Under the pieces are notes generated by a model. That model ran no database searches. It had not been told where the DNA came from and worked only from the letters and a program-made list of their open reading frames with translations. Shown piece by piece: positions 39,056-48,908 of a DNA stretch of 56,267 nucleotides. The stretch lies in contig JAWOGL010000232.1 in the NCBI GenBank assembly GCA_046496945.1, positions 1-56,267 on the forward strand, written 5' to 3'. Source of the DNA: Desulfonatronovibrio sp. Its GTDB lineage: Bacteria; Desulfobacterota; Desulfovibrionia; Desulfovibrionales; Desulfonatronovibrionaceae. The translations under genes and the position numbers were made by a program. The first letter of the stretch is position 1. Each line of letters starts with the position of its first letter.

Positions 39056-41293
39056 TTACCCGCATTTGGTATAACCGCATGCTCCGCAGACAAAGCACCC
39101 CTCCTGAAAAACCAGCTCCTGTCCGCATTCAGGACAGACCGGCTTGCGCAGGCTTACGTAATCAGAGTCTGCCTTGTTTCCCTGCAGATATCTGTTTTCC
39201 AGAACCCAGCCCACTGCGTCGGGGATGGAAAGCAAGAGGCCTTTTTTCTGAAACACTGGATGCTCTCCGCCGATTCCCTTAATCTGGCCGACTATATCGC
39301 GCACGTCAACGCCAGAACGAAGGGCCAGGGAAACCAGCCGGCCTATGGCTTCAGCCTTGGCCGTAATTGACCTGCCTGAACGCCCGATGGTGGCAAACAC
39401 TTCAAAAGGTTTTCCATCCACTTCATTTACAGTCAGATACAGCTCACCAAGACCTGTGCGAACTTTCTGGGTAAATCCGTAGACCACTTCCGGCCTTTCT
39501 TTTACGTGCTTTACACCCTCCCGGCCTTTTTCAGAAGCCTGCTCTCCCTCTCCGGTACAAAGCACCTGGGCATTCTTACATCCGTCCCGGTAAACCGTAA
39601 CTCCCTTGCATCCCAGTTCATAGGCCATCCAGTAAATAGACCAGATATCCTCCTTAGTGGCGTCCCGGGGGAGATTTACCGTCTTGGAAACCGCATTATC
39701 AGTAAATTTCTGGAAGGCAGCCTGCATCTTCAGATGAAATTCCGGGTCTATATCCATGGCCGTCACAAAGACCTCGCGCAGATATTTATCCAGAAAATCC
39801 ATATCTCTGATGCTGCCTTTCTGGGTAATCTCTTCCATTAATTTGACGCTGTGGCTTTGCGCCTTTTTCAGGGCTTCCTCCAGATGAGGATTGACTTCCA
39901 CCAGTCTTTCCCCGTCCATAACCTGACGCACAAAGCTTAAGGCAAACAGAGGTTCTACTCCTGAAGAGCATCCAGCTATTATGGACAGAGTCCCGGTAGG
40001 AGCTATGGTGGTGGTGGTGGCGTTGCGGTAGGGTCCATAATTCTGACTGGCGTAAACCGACTGGTCATAGGCTGGAAATGGTCCCCTTTCCTCAGCCAGC
40101 AGCTTGGAGGCGGATTTGGATTCCTTATGGATGAATTCCATTATTTTTTCAGCCAGCATCAAGGCCTTATGGCTGTCATAAGGTATTTCCAGCTGGAACA
40201 GCAGATCAGCCCATCCCATTACACCCAGACCGATCTTCCGGTTTTTGCGGACCATTTCCGTGATCCGGTCCAGGGGATACTGCGAAGAATCAATAACATT
40301 ATCCAGAAAACGTACACACAAATGAATCGTCTCCTTCAACCCTCCCCAGTCAATTCCGTCTGCTTCGTCCGGAGCAAAAAACTTATCCAGATTTATGGAA
40401 CCAAGATTACAGGCTTCATAGGGTAGCAGGGGCTGCTCTCCGCAGGGATTAGTGCTTTCAATCTCTCCCTGCTTTGGGGTGGGATTGTCCCTGTTGATGC
40501 GGTCCAGAAAAATAATGCCCGGATCTCCGCTCTCCCAGGCCTTATGGACCAGAAGAGAAAAAACTTCCCTGGCTCTGAGCCTGTCCTTTTCAGTGCCGGA
40601 ATGCGGAGCCAGCAGGGAGTATTCTTCGTCATTTTCCACTGCCTGCATGAATTTTTCCGTCAAAGCAATAGACAGGTTAAAATTATTCAGATCACCGTCC
40701 TTTTCCTTGGCCCGGATAAAATCAATAATATCAGGATGATCAACACGCAATATGCCCATATTGGCTCCGCGCCTGGTCCCGCCCTGTTTCACCTGTTCAG
40801 TGGCTGTATTAAATATTCTTAAAAAAGAAATGGGTCCGGAAGCAATGCCTCCGGTTGATCCCACCCGGCTGTCTTTAGGCCTCAGCCTGGAAAATGAAAA
40901 CCCGGTTCCTCCGCCGGATTTATGGATAAGAGCCGCGTATTTAATAGCGTCGAATATTTCCTCCATGGAGTCGCCCACCGGGAGGACAAAGCAGGCTGCC
41001 AGCTGGCCGAGCTCAGTCCCGGCATTCATCAGGGTCGGCGAATTGGGAAGAAACTTATAGTCAACAATCATTTCATAAAAGATGCCGGCCAGCTCATCTG
41101 CCTTGTATGTGGATTTTTTGTATTTTTTTTCTTCGTTGGCAATGCTGGAGGCGACTCTCCAGAACATGCCCTTGAAATCCTCAAGAGGTTCGCCCTCAGC
41201 CCCTTTTCGCAGGTATCTTTTGGTCAAAACAGTTCTGGCGTTATCGCTGATTACCGGCTCTTTAATATTGGAAGGTGTTTTACTGGGCTTCAT
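39056..41293 (-). CDS. nrdJ: Vitamin B12-dependent (class II) ribonucleotide reductase
   Basis: PNSPTLMNAG, ACFV, TNPCGEQ, TIAPTGT, SKTVN; C-terminal CPECG...CGYTKCG. Confidence 0.95.
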   Translation of the reverse strand: MKPSKTPSNIKEPVISDNARTVLTKRYLRKGAEGEPLEDFKGMFWRVASSIANEEKKYKKSTYKADELAGIFYEMIVDYKFLPNSPTLMNAGTELGQLAACFVLPVGDSMEEIFDAIKYAALIHKSGGGTGFSFSRLRPKDSRVGSTGGIASGPISFLRIFNTATEQVKQGGTRRGANMGILRVDHPDIIDFIRAKEKDGDLNNFNLSIALTEKFMQAVENDEEYSLLAPHSGTEKDRLRAREVFSLLVHKAWESGDPGIIFLDRINRDNPTPKQGEIESTNPCGEQPLLPYEACNLGSINLDKFFAPDEADGIDWGGLKETIHLCVRFLDNVIDSSQYPLDRITEMVRKNRKIGLGVMGWADLLFQLEIPYDSHKALMLAEKIMEFIHKESKSASKLLAEERGPFPAYDQSVYASQNYGPYRNATTTTIAPTGTLSIIAGCSSGVEPLFALSFVRQVMDGERLVEVNPHLEEALKKAQSHSVKLMEEITQKGSIRDMDFLDKYLREVFVTAMDIDPEFHLKMQAAFQKFTDNAVSKTVNLPRDATKEDIWSIYWMAYELGCKGVTVYRDGCKNAQVLCTGEGEQASEKGREGVKHVKERPEVVYGFTQKVRTGLGELYLTVNEVDGKPFEVFATIGRSGRSITAKAEAIGRLVSLALRSGVDVRDIVGQIKGIGGEHPVFQKKGLLLSIPDAVGWVLENRYLQGNKADSDYVSLRKPVCPECGQELVFQEGCFVCGACGYTKCG

Positions 41294-41495
41294 TTGGCTC
41301 CTCTTAATATGTTTTTACTAACTAACTGAATATTCATAATTTATTTTACAATAACTTGATCTTAAGGACCGGCTGTGCCAGTCAGATTTTATCTTGGGAA
41401 TTTTGCCCTGTCCGGGAGATATTTTTTAAATAGTGAACAGTCAAGTCAAGAGAATAGATATCTATTCATCATAAGTTAACGACCAGCTGTTGAAT

Positions 41496-41654
41496 TTAAC
41501 AGCGTGTTGAAAAAGTCCTTACTAGACAGGTTGTTCAAAAATTCCAAGTGCACGGAGCAAAAAAAGTTCAAGGTCGCGGCGTATTTGTACATACGTAAGA
41601 GTTTGAACTTTTTGTAGCGACACAGCAATTGGGAGATTTTCAACAACCTGTTAA
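41496..41654. mobile_element. MITE-like repeat with TTAA-ended terminal inverted repeats, copy 1
   Basis: ttaacagcgtgttgaaaa ... ttttcaacaacctgttaa; internal aaaaagttcaa / ttgaacttttt inverted repeat; homologous to 46777-46966. Confidence 0.75.
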
Positions 41655-41722
41655 GGCAGGCCCGAGACCACGGTGAATCTTCACAAAACAAATCCATTTC
41701 CGGCAGGATCAAAGTAACCCGG

Positions 41723-42901
41723 CTAACTCTCTGCCCGGCCCTTACCAGGTCCGATTTTACAGGTCCGGTCCCGGGGTTTCAGGGCTGAAGCCAAAGGCTG
41801 CTCTGTAAATCCTTTTATCGGTCCAAGGTGCCGTTTATCCCTTTCCGTCACCGGCTCGCTTTGCATATAAAGCGTCATGAGGTGAGCCAATGCTTCCAGT
41901 GAAGCCAGATGAGAACGCTCGTGGCCGTGAGAGGCATCCACTCCGAAACAGGCCAGAGCCGTACGCAGGTCGTTTCCGGCCTCAATGGCTGAAGCCGCGT
42001 CACACTTGTAATATCTGAACACGTCTCTTTGATGGAGGATGTTATTTTTCTGGCAGAGGTCCAGGAGAAGATGAGTCAGGTGATAATCAAAGGGGCCGCT
42101 GCTGTCCTTGACGCACAGGGTAACTCCTTTTTCAAACCGGTTGCGCCCTTCAATCAGGGGAGCATTATCAATGCTGACCATTTCAGCCACGTCTCCGTGC
42201 AGTATCCCTGAAGCTCCTGAACCTACCTCTTCGGAAATAGTAAATAAAACATGGCAATCTACAGGCAGCTTTATCCCGCTTTGCATAACAGCCTGGACCG
42301 CGGTCAATATGATAGCCACTCCGGCCTTGTTGTCCAGATGCCTGGCATTGATATATCCCTTGGGGCTGACTTCCAGAGGAGAATCCACCGCCACCCAGTC
42401 GCCGGCATTAAATCCCAGATCCTCAAGATCTCCTGTGTTCAGAGCATCTTCGTCAACCCTGATTTCAACCTGATCCCAGGTTACGGGCTGGGTATCCACC
42501 TGAATATCATAGGCATGCCCGGATGCCTTCAGAGGCAGAATAGTTCCCCGCCTGACTCCGGAATCAGTAAATATGCTCACCCTGGCCCCTTCGGCAAACC
42601 TGCTGGACCAGGTTCCGATGGGGGTAATGCCCAGTCTGCCGTTGGGCTTGAGATTGGTGATCATTGCCCCCAGAGTATCCAGGTGAGCGACAACAGCGCG
42701 GTCGGGCGAAGACATGGCTCCCTTGATATCCCCCCGGATGGCTCCCCGCCTGGTCAGCTCATAAGGCACTCCCATATCTTCCAGCTGCCTGCAGGTAAAA
42801 TAAACTATTTCGTCAGTATAGCCGGTAGGACTGGGGATGCTGAGCAGTTTTCCCAGGATGTGCTGCAGATAATGTATATCCAGTGATAATTTTTTTTCCA
42901 T
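41723..42901 (-). CDS. Osmoprotectant NAGGN system M42 family peptidase
   Basis: IPSPTGYTD, AHLDTLG, ARHLDNKAG, SEEVGSG, DASHGHER; third gene of the asnO-ngg operon. Confidence 0.9.
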   Translation of the reverse strand: MEKKLSLDIHYLQHILGKLLSIPSPTGYTDEIVYFTCRQLEDMGVPYELTRRGAIRGDIKGAMSSPDRAVVAHLDTLGAMITNLKPNGRLGITPIGTWSSRFAEGARVSIFTDSGVRRGTILPLKASGHAYDIQVDTQPVTWDQVEIRVDEDALNTGDLEDLGFNAGDWVAVDSPLEVSPKGYINARHLDNKAGVAIILTAVQAVMQSGIKLPVDCHVLFTISEEVGSGASGILHGDVAEMVSIDNAPLIEGRNRFEKGVTLCVKDSSGPFDYHLTHLLLDLCQKNNILHQRDVFRYYKCDAASAIEAGNDLRTALACFGVDASHGHERSHLASLEALAHLMTLYMQSEPVTERDKRHLGPIKGFTEQPLASALKPRDRTCKIGPGKGRAES

Positions 42902-43004
42902 TTTATTTTTTCTTTTGGTGTTAAAAACAAAAAAGTACTTCTGAGACCGTAAAAAAGCAGTCCTGGAGAATGCTCAAAGGCCGGTAAAAAACCACGTCAA
43001 AAAT

Positions 43005-44741
43005 CTATACCGTGGTTTGGGGAAAGAGAAGATCAACATACCTGCGGGCTGTGGGCTGGGGTTCATGATTGGCCAGTCCGGGACGCTCATTGGCCTCAAT
43101 AATTACATATTCCGGGCCGCTGACATGGGGAACCAGGAAATCTAACCCCACCACCGGGATATTAATAGCCCGGGCTGCATCCTGAGCCGCCTTTTTCAGT
43201 TCCGGGTGAAGATCTGCGGTAACGTCGTGGATGGTTCCCCCGGTATGCAGATTGGCGGTTTTCCGGACTTCCAGTTCATGTCCGCCGGCAAGTATATCCT
43301 CAAGATCATGGCCCTTCTGCTTAACACATCTTTTGGTTTCTGCGTCAAGGGGTATCCTGCTCTCTCCGCCTGTGGCCGAAGCCCTGCGCCTGCTTTGCTT
43401 CTGAATGAGCTGTTTTACGGTGTGCCTGCCTGTTCCCACCACCATGGCAGGCTTTCTCACTGCCGCTGCAACTACCTTGAAGTCTATTACAATGATGCGC
43501 AGGTCCTGGCCCTGAACATAATTTTCAATTACTACTTCATTACAAATCCTGGACGCAGCCTTACACGCCCTGTCCAGGCTGTCCGGATCCCGGATATCCA
43601 CGCTGATGCCCGCTCCCTGTTCCCCTCTGACCGGCTTGACCACCACTGATCCGTGCTTTTCCAGGAATTGATGGTTATCCTCCGGTTTCCCGGCCTTTAT
43701 CTGTTCCGGGGTATGCAGACCAGCCCTGCGCAGAATCCTTCTGGTCAGGGCTTTATCATCACAGCGGCACATGGCGATGGCATTGGTGAGTTCACTCAGG
43801 GATTCCCAGCAGACAATGGTTCTGCCTCCGAAAGTAAGGGCGAAATGTCCGGTCTCCTGATCCAGAACTTCAACACTGATGCCCCTGCGTTTGGCTTCTT
43901 TAATGACAATGGCAGCATACGGGTTTAGTTCTGCGGCTTCGGTTGCAGAAGTAAACAATGGCTCATTGATAGGATTTTTACGCTTGATGCAGAAAACCGG
44001 CACTCTCTGAAACCCTATTTTTTCATAAAGGGCAATAGCCTGCTCGTTATCATGCATAACAGAAAGATCCAGATAAGATCTGCCTCTGGCCATTAATTTT
44101 TCCGCCAGATACCGAACCAGGGCCTCTCCAATGCCGGGCTGAAAAGCCTGGGAATCCACTGCCAGGCACCACAGGCTGGAGCCGTTCTCAGGATCATTGA
44201 AAACTTCTTTGTGGTCAACCCCGGTCACTGTCCCGAGGATTTTTTTCTGCAGCGTGTCTTCAGCTACCAGAAACATTATTTCCCGGGATTTGCGGTTTTT
44301 CCACAAAAAAGATTCGTCAGAATTAACCATGCCCCAGGTGGAATATATTTTGTTTATTTCCCGGCAATCCTGTCTGGAAGTAATCCTGCGGATCACAATA
44401 CTTGGGGACGGGCCCTTGCGGGGAAGGTAACTGTCCAGCCACAGACGGTAAGTGTGAGAAGGGTCCATGAACAGATCCTGAGGGGCCAGAGACAAAACCA
44501 CATGTGGATCTCTCAGATAAATAGCGATATCTCTTTTGCCCGGTCTTTCGTGCAAAAGGATGTCCACAAGCTTTTGCTGGTTCTGGAAGGTATGCCCAAA
44601 AAGAAGGCGCCCCCAGCCGCAGTCCAGGACCACATCGCTTTGCATTTTGATGCCGGGGGTCAGATTTTTGCTTTCCCAGTTGCGCAGAGAGGGCACATTA
44701 CTGCGGTTAAACCTGTAATCAGTTTTATATTTCTGAGCCAT
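43005..44741 (-). CDS. ngg: N-acetylglutaminylglutamine synthetase (GNAT plus ATP-grasp)
   Basis: DCGWGRLLFGHTF, LSVMHDNEQAIALY, VVKPVRGEQG, IEANERPGLANHEPQP; probable start 44741. Confidence 0.92.
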   Translation of the reverse strand: MAQKYKTDYRFNRSNVPSLRNWESKNLTPGIKMQSDVVLDCGWGRLLFGHTFQNQQKLVDILLHERPGKRDIAIYLRDPHVVLSLAPQDLFMDPSHTYRLWLDSYLPRKGPSPSIVIRRITSRQDCREINKIYSTWGMVNSDESFLWKNRKSREIMFLVAEDTLQKKILGTVTGVDHKEVFNDPENGSSLWCLAVDSQAFQPGIGEALVRYLAEKLMARGRSYLDLSVMHDNEQAIALYEKIGFQRVPVFCIKRKNPINEPLFTSATEAAELNPYAAIVIKEAKRRGISVEVLDQETGHFALTFGGRTIVCWESLSELTNAIAMCRCDDKALTRRILRRAGLHTPEQIKAGKPEDNHQFLEKHGSVVVKPVRGEQGAGISVDIRDPDSLDRACKAASRICNEVVIENYVQGQDLRIIVIDFKVVAAAVRKPAMVVGTGRHTVKQLIQKQSRRRASATGGESRIPLDAETKRCVKQKGHDLEDILAGGHELEVRKTANLHTGGTIHDVTADLHPELKKAAQDAARAINIPVVGLDFLVPHVSGPEYVIIEANERPGLANHEPQPTARRYVDLLFPQTTV

Positions 44742-44757
44742 TGTCCGTTCCTTAATC

Positions 44758-46530
44758 TCAGATATTAAAGGTTTGGAGCCACAGCTCAAGAAGAGCAGCC
44801 TGCCAGAGTCTGGAAGACCCAAGCGGGGTAATTTCCCGGGAAGGGTTATCCATGAGCCTGTCCAGGTATGATTTCTGGAATATATTTCTTTGGGCGGCCC
44901 TGGGATCGGACAGCACTTCCCTGACCATCTCCAGAAAATCACCCTGCAGATACTTGAGCGCGGGAACAGGAAAATACCCTTTGGGCCGGTCAATAACCTC
45001 TGCCGGTATCACCTTCCTGGAAGCCTCTTTGAGCACATACTTGCCCTGGCCCTGCACTTTATACTCCGGTGGTATGCGAGCGGCCAGCTCCACCAGTTCA
45101 TGATCCAGAAAAGGAACCCTGGCCTCCAGACCCCAGGCCATGGTCATGTTGTCAACGCGCTTGACCGGATCATCCACCAGCATAACCAGAGAATCAAGGC
45201 GCATGGCTTTGTCAATGGGTGTGTCTGCACCTTCCATGTCAAAATGCTCCCGGACAAACCTCAGGCTGAAATCATCTTCCACAAGTTCAGGATTTACCGC
45301 CCCGGCATAGGCCTGGTAATCAAGATCAAAAAAAACCTTAGAATAATCCCTGACAGGATCAGGGCTTTGCATAAGCGGAGGGTACCAGTGATATCCCCCG
45401 AAAATTTCATCTGCTCCCTGCCCGCTCTGAACAACTTTGACGTGTCTGGCAACCTCGCGGGACAAAAGGAAAAACCCGATGTTGTCATGACTGACCATGG
45501 GTTCAGACATAGCCCTGATACAACCGGGCAATCTGTCCAGGGTTTCCCGGGAACTGATTCTCATCTTATGATGATCTGTGCTGAAATGTCTGGCTATCAC
45601 ATCAGAGTATTTGAATTCGTCTCCGGTTTCCCCGCCCACGCTTTCAAAGCCTATGGAAAATGTCTTCAAATCCCTGACTCCGGCTTCGGCAAGCAGTCCC
45701 ACCACCAGACTGGAATCAATTCCACCCGACAGGAGAACTCCCACAGGCACGTCAGCCACCATTCGTCTTTTAACAGACTCGCGCAGGGCCTCCATGAGCA
45801 GATCCTGCCAGTCTTTAAGCGATTTTTTTCCATCTTCCGGGCCTGATCCGTAGACGGGCTGCCAGTACCGGGTTTCAGTCATTCTGCCGTCCGGTTCAAT
45901 GGTCATCAGGGTGGCCGGGCTGAGTTTGCGGATATCCTTAAGCATGGTATGAGGCGCGGGAACAACTGCGTGAAATGACATGTAATAATTAAGGGCTGCG
46001 GGATCGATTTCCTTACCTGTCCTGCCGGTGGCCAGTATTGCAGGCAAAGAAGAAGCAAAGAGCACTCCCCCGTCTATTCTCGCAAAATAAAAAGGCTTGA
46101 TTCCCAGGCGATCCCGGCCGAATATCACCCGGCCGGAATCGCGCTCCACCAGGGCAAAAGCGAACATGCCCATGAGCCGGTCAACACATTTAAGTCCCCA
46201 TTTATGATAGGCCTTAATCAGTACTTCTGTATCCCCATCAGAAAAAAACGTATAGCCGTAAGACTTGAGTTCGCTGCGCAACTCTTTATAATTGTAGATC
46301 ATCCCGTTGAACACACATGAAAACCCCAGCTGTGGATCAATAAGAGGCTGACCGGACTTTTCGCTCAGGTCCACAATCTTAAGTCTGCGATGGCCCAGAC
46401 ATTGTCTGCCCTGCATTATTAATCCGTATCCGTCCGGTCCCCGGGGAATCATTTCCCTGGACATGGCATAAACCGCGTCCGGGTTTATTTCCTGATTATC
46501 AAATCTGATTTCTCCACAAATGCCGCACAT
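44758..46530 (-). CDS. asnO: N-acetylglutaminylglutamine amidotransferase (AsnB-like)
   Basis: N-terminal MCGICG, LLSGGIDSS, SGQGADE.FGGYHWY, LVDDPVKRVDNMTMAWGLEARVPFLD. Confidence 0.92.
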   Translation of the reverse strand: MCGICGEIRFDNQEINPDAVYAMSREMIPRGPDGYGLIMQGRQCLGHRRLKIVDLSEKSGQPLIDPQLGFSCVFNGMIYNYKELRSELKSYGYTFFSDGDTEVLIKAYHKWGLKCVDRLMGMFAFALVERDSGRVIFGRDRLGIKPFYFARIDGGVLFASSLPAILATGRTGKEIDPAALNYYMSFHAVVPAPHTMLKDIRKLSPATLMTIEPDGRMTETRYWQPVYGSGPEDGKKSLKDWQDLLMEALRESVKRRMVADVPVGVLLSGGIDSSLVVGLLAEAGVRDLKTFSIGFESVGGETGDEFKYSDVIARHFSTDHHKMRISSRETLDRLPGCIRAMSEPMVSHDNIGFFLLSREVARHVKVVQSGQGADEIFGGYHWYPPLMQSPDPVRDYSKVFFDLDYQAYAGAVNPELVEDDFSLRFVREHFDMEGADTPIDKAMRLDSLVMLVDDPVKRVDNMTMAWGLEARVPFLDHELVELAARIPPEYKVQGQGKYVLKEASRKVIPAEVIDRPKGYFPVPALKYLQGDFLEMVREVLSDPRAAQRNIFQKSYLDRLMDNPSREITPLGSSRLWQAALLELWLQTFNI

Positions 46531-46700
46531 TATAACCTCTGTCAGGTTTTGAGTTCAGTCGCGCCTGCTGAAACAGCAGGACCCATTACTGGGATTATAT
46601 TCCAATAATAGAGGATCTCCCCCTTGTCAAATCAGGACTGCCACGGCCTGCCGGAAAAAGCTCTCCCTGACAGGTTCATTATCCCTGCCAATAAGCATAG

Positions 46701-46741
46701 AAAAAGCCGCCTTACAGGTATTTCCGGCAAGACGGCTTTTC
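46701..46741. terminator. Probable intrinsic terminator downstream of rnj
   Basis: aaaagccg(c)ctt ... aag(a)cggctttt inverted repeat with A/T flanks. Confidence 0.5.
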
Positions 46742-46776
46742 AGCAGAATCAAAAACAACCCGTGAAGTCCTGCTTT

Positions 46777-46966
46777 TTAACAGCGTGAAAAAGTCCTTAT
46801 CAGGCTGGCTGTTTAAAAATTTCAAGTGCAAGAAACCAAAAAAGATCAAGATCAAAGTTTACCCCGTGAAACCTTCTTTCGTTTCACTGGGGGTAGTTGT
46901 GATACCTAAGAATTTGAACTTTCTGCAGGGACAAAGCCAATTGGCAGATTTTCAACTGCCGGTTAA
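46777..46966. mobile_element. MITE-like repeat, copy 2, carrying an inserted ~30-bp hairpin
   Basis: Colinear with 41496-41654; extra ccccgtgaaac-N8-gtttcactgggg at 46862-46892; the right-hand TTAA overlaps the rnj stop. Confidence 0.7.
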
Positions 46967-48621
46967 ACCTTGATTATCAGGGGTATTACTATGGGGTCGC
47001 GGTCCAGGATCTTGCGAAAAAATCTGCGCAAAACCGAACGCGATTTGTCCTCAAGCTTTTTGGTGGCTCCGGGCTTGGTTTCCTCAAAAAGATCCAGAAC
47101 CAGGCATTTGGCATCTTCAAGCACATGGTCATAATGCTGTTCAAAAACAAACCCTCTGGAAAGAATCCGGGGCCCCATGAGCAGATCACCGGTTTTCTCG
47201 CTTATGACCATGATCACAATAACCAGCCCCTCGCCGCCCAGGATATGTCTTTCCTTGAGTACTGTATGGCCTACATCGCCAACACCTTTGCCGTCCACAA
47301 GGATTGACTCAGCCATAATCTCCTCTTCAAAACGAACCGTGCTCCGGGTCAGAGTGATGGGCTGGCCGTTTTCCAGGACAATGCTTCTTTCCGGAGCCAC
47401 TCCGCATTTTTTGGCCAGCTCAGCGTGCTTGTAAAGATGCCTGAATTCTCCGTGCACCGGGACAAAGAACTTGGGACGCACAGTCTCAAGCATTACCTTC
47501 AGTTCTTCCCGATGGGCATGACCTGAGGCATGAATGGCCCGGACCTGTTCATAAACCACATCTGCACCAAGCCTGTACAGATTATTTATAACCCGGGTAA
47601 TGGCCTTGGTATTGCCCGGAATTATCCGGGATGACATAAGCACCAGATCCCCTTTATTGATTCTCAGCTGCCGGTGTTCCCCCAGAGCCAGCCTGGTCAG
47701 AGCAGACAAAGGTTCCCCCTGGGAACCGGTCAGCAGGAGAACCAGTTCCGAATCATCATAATCAGGCAACTGATCCAGGGGACAATATACCCCCTCATCC
47801 ACGGCTAAAAAACCATGTTCCATGGCCATTTCAATGTTCTTGGCCAGACTGCGTCCGCTGACAGCCACCTTGCGTCCGAAATCCCTGGCCAGATCGAATA
47901 TCTCCTGCATCCTCTGAATATGACTGGAAAAGAGGGTGACCAGAATTCTTCCCCGGGCTTCCTGAAAAAAACCTCGCAGAGACGACTTTATCTCCCTCTC
48001 GGTCAAAGCGTAGCCATCTCGTTCCACATTGGTGGAATCGGACATAAGCAGTTTAACACCCGAATCTGAAAATTTTTCAAAGGCTTGAAGGTCGGTCCTG
48101 TGCCCGCCCAGAGGATCACGGTCCAGCTTGAAATCTCCGGAGTGGACGATCTTTCCCACAGGAGTCTCTATTCCCAGGCCAAATCCCTGAATAATTGAAT
48201 GACAAACCGGAAAAAAATTAAAGGTAAAATCTCCCAGTTTTAAGGCCTGCTTCTCGCTGACCACTTCAGTGCGGACATAGTCCTTGAGATTGAATTCCAA
48301 GAGTTTATTGGACACAAGCTGCAGAGTAAATCTTGACCCGTACACCGGAACATCCACGTAGGGCAGAAGCCAGGGCAGGGCGCCTATATGATCTTCATGT
48401 CCATGGGTAAGGACTATTCCTTTAAGCTTGTCCTTGTTTTTAAGGATATAATCAAAACGGGGAATGACCACGTCAACTCCCAGAAGAAAATCTTCAGGAA
48501 ACATCAAACCACAATCAATAACCACCATGGAATCCCTTGTTTCCATGATCATGCAGTTCTGGCCAATGGCCCCAAGGCCTCCCAGCGGAGTCAGCCTTAC
48601 AAAATCGTCACTTAATTCCAT
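46963..48621 (-). CDS. rnj: Ribonuclease J
   Basis: PLGGLG.IG.NC, THGHEDHIG, HSGDFK, SDSTN, GSQGEP, HASGH, PVHGE. Confidence 0.96.
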   Translation of the reverse strand: MELSDDFVRLTPLGGLGAIGQNCMIMETRDSMVVIDCGLMFPEDFLLGVDVVIPRFDYILKNKDKLKGIVLTHGHEDHIGALPWLLPYVDVPVYGSRFTLQLVSNKLLEFNLKDYVRTEVVSEKQALKLGDFTFNFFPVCHSIIQGFGLGIETPVGKIVHSGDFKLDRDPLGGHRTDLQAFEKFSDSGVKLLMSDSTNVERDGYALTEREIKSSLRGFFQEARGRILVTLFSSHIQRMQEIFDLARDFGRKVAVSGRSLAKNIEMAMEHGFLAVDEGVYCPLDQLPDYDDSELVLLLTGSQGEPLSALTRLALGEHRQLRINKGDLVLMSSRIIPGNTKAITRVINNLYRLGADVVYEQVRAIHASGHAHREELKVMLETVRPKFFVPVHGEFRHLYKHAELAKKCGVAPERSIVLENGQPITLTRSTVRFEEEIMAESILVDGKGVGDVGHTVLKERHILGGEGLVIVIMVISEKTGDLLMGPRILSRGFVFEQHYDHVLEDAKCLVLDLFEETKPGATKKLEDKSRSVLRRFFRKILDRDPIVIPLIIKV

Positions 48622-48791
48622 ACCAAAACCTCCCAAAAACCTTCAGGAAACGAGCATCCTGAATAAAAAGTTGAAACAAATTATCTTCCTGACTTACCTC
48701 AATGGATAAATCTTTTGTCTTGATTAAAATAATTAAACGTATCTTAATGCCGCAAAAAACACAATAAAAAACCCGGACATCCACCTCAGGC

Positions 48792-48844
48792 GAAAAAATC
48801 AGGCTTGAAACAAAATCTCACAGATACTGTTGTTTCAAGCCTGA
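48792..48844 (-). terminator. Intrinsic terminator after the EF-G paralogue
   Basis: 15-bp perfect inverted repeat tcaggcttgaaacaa / ttgtttcaagcctga, with a T run following on the minus strand. Confidence 0.7.
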
Positions 48845-48908
48845 AATACAAAACCCCTGAAGGAGACCCCGGGTCGATATAAAGTTAAGCTTTCTGCCTG
48901 CCTACATC

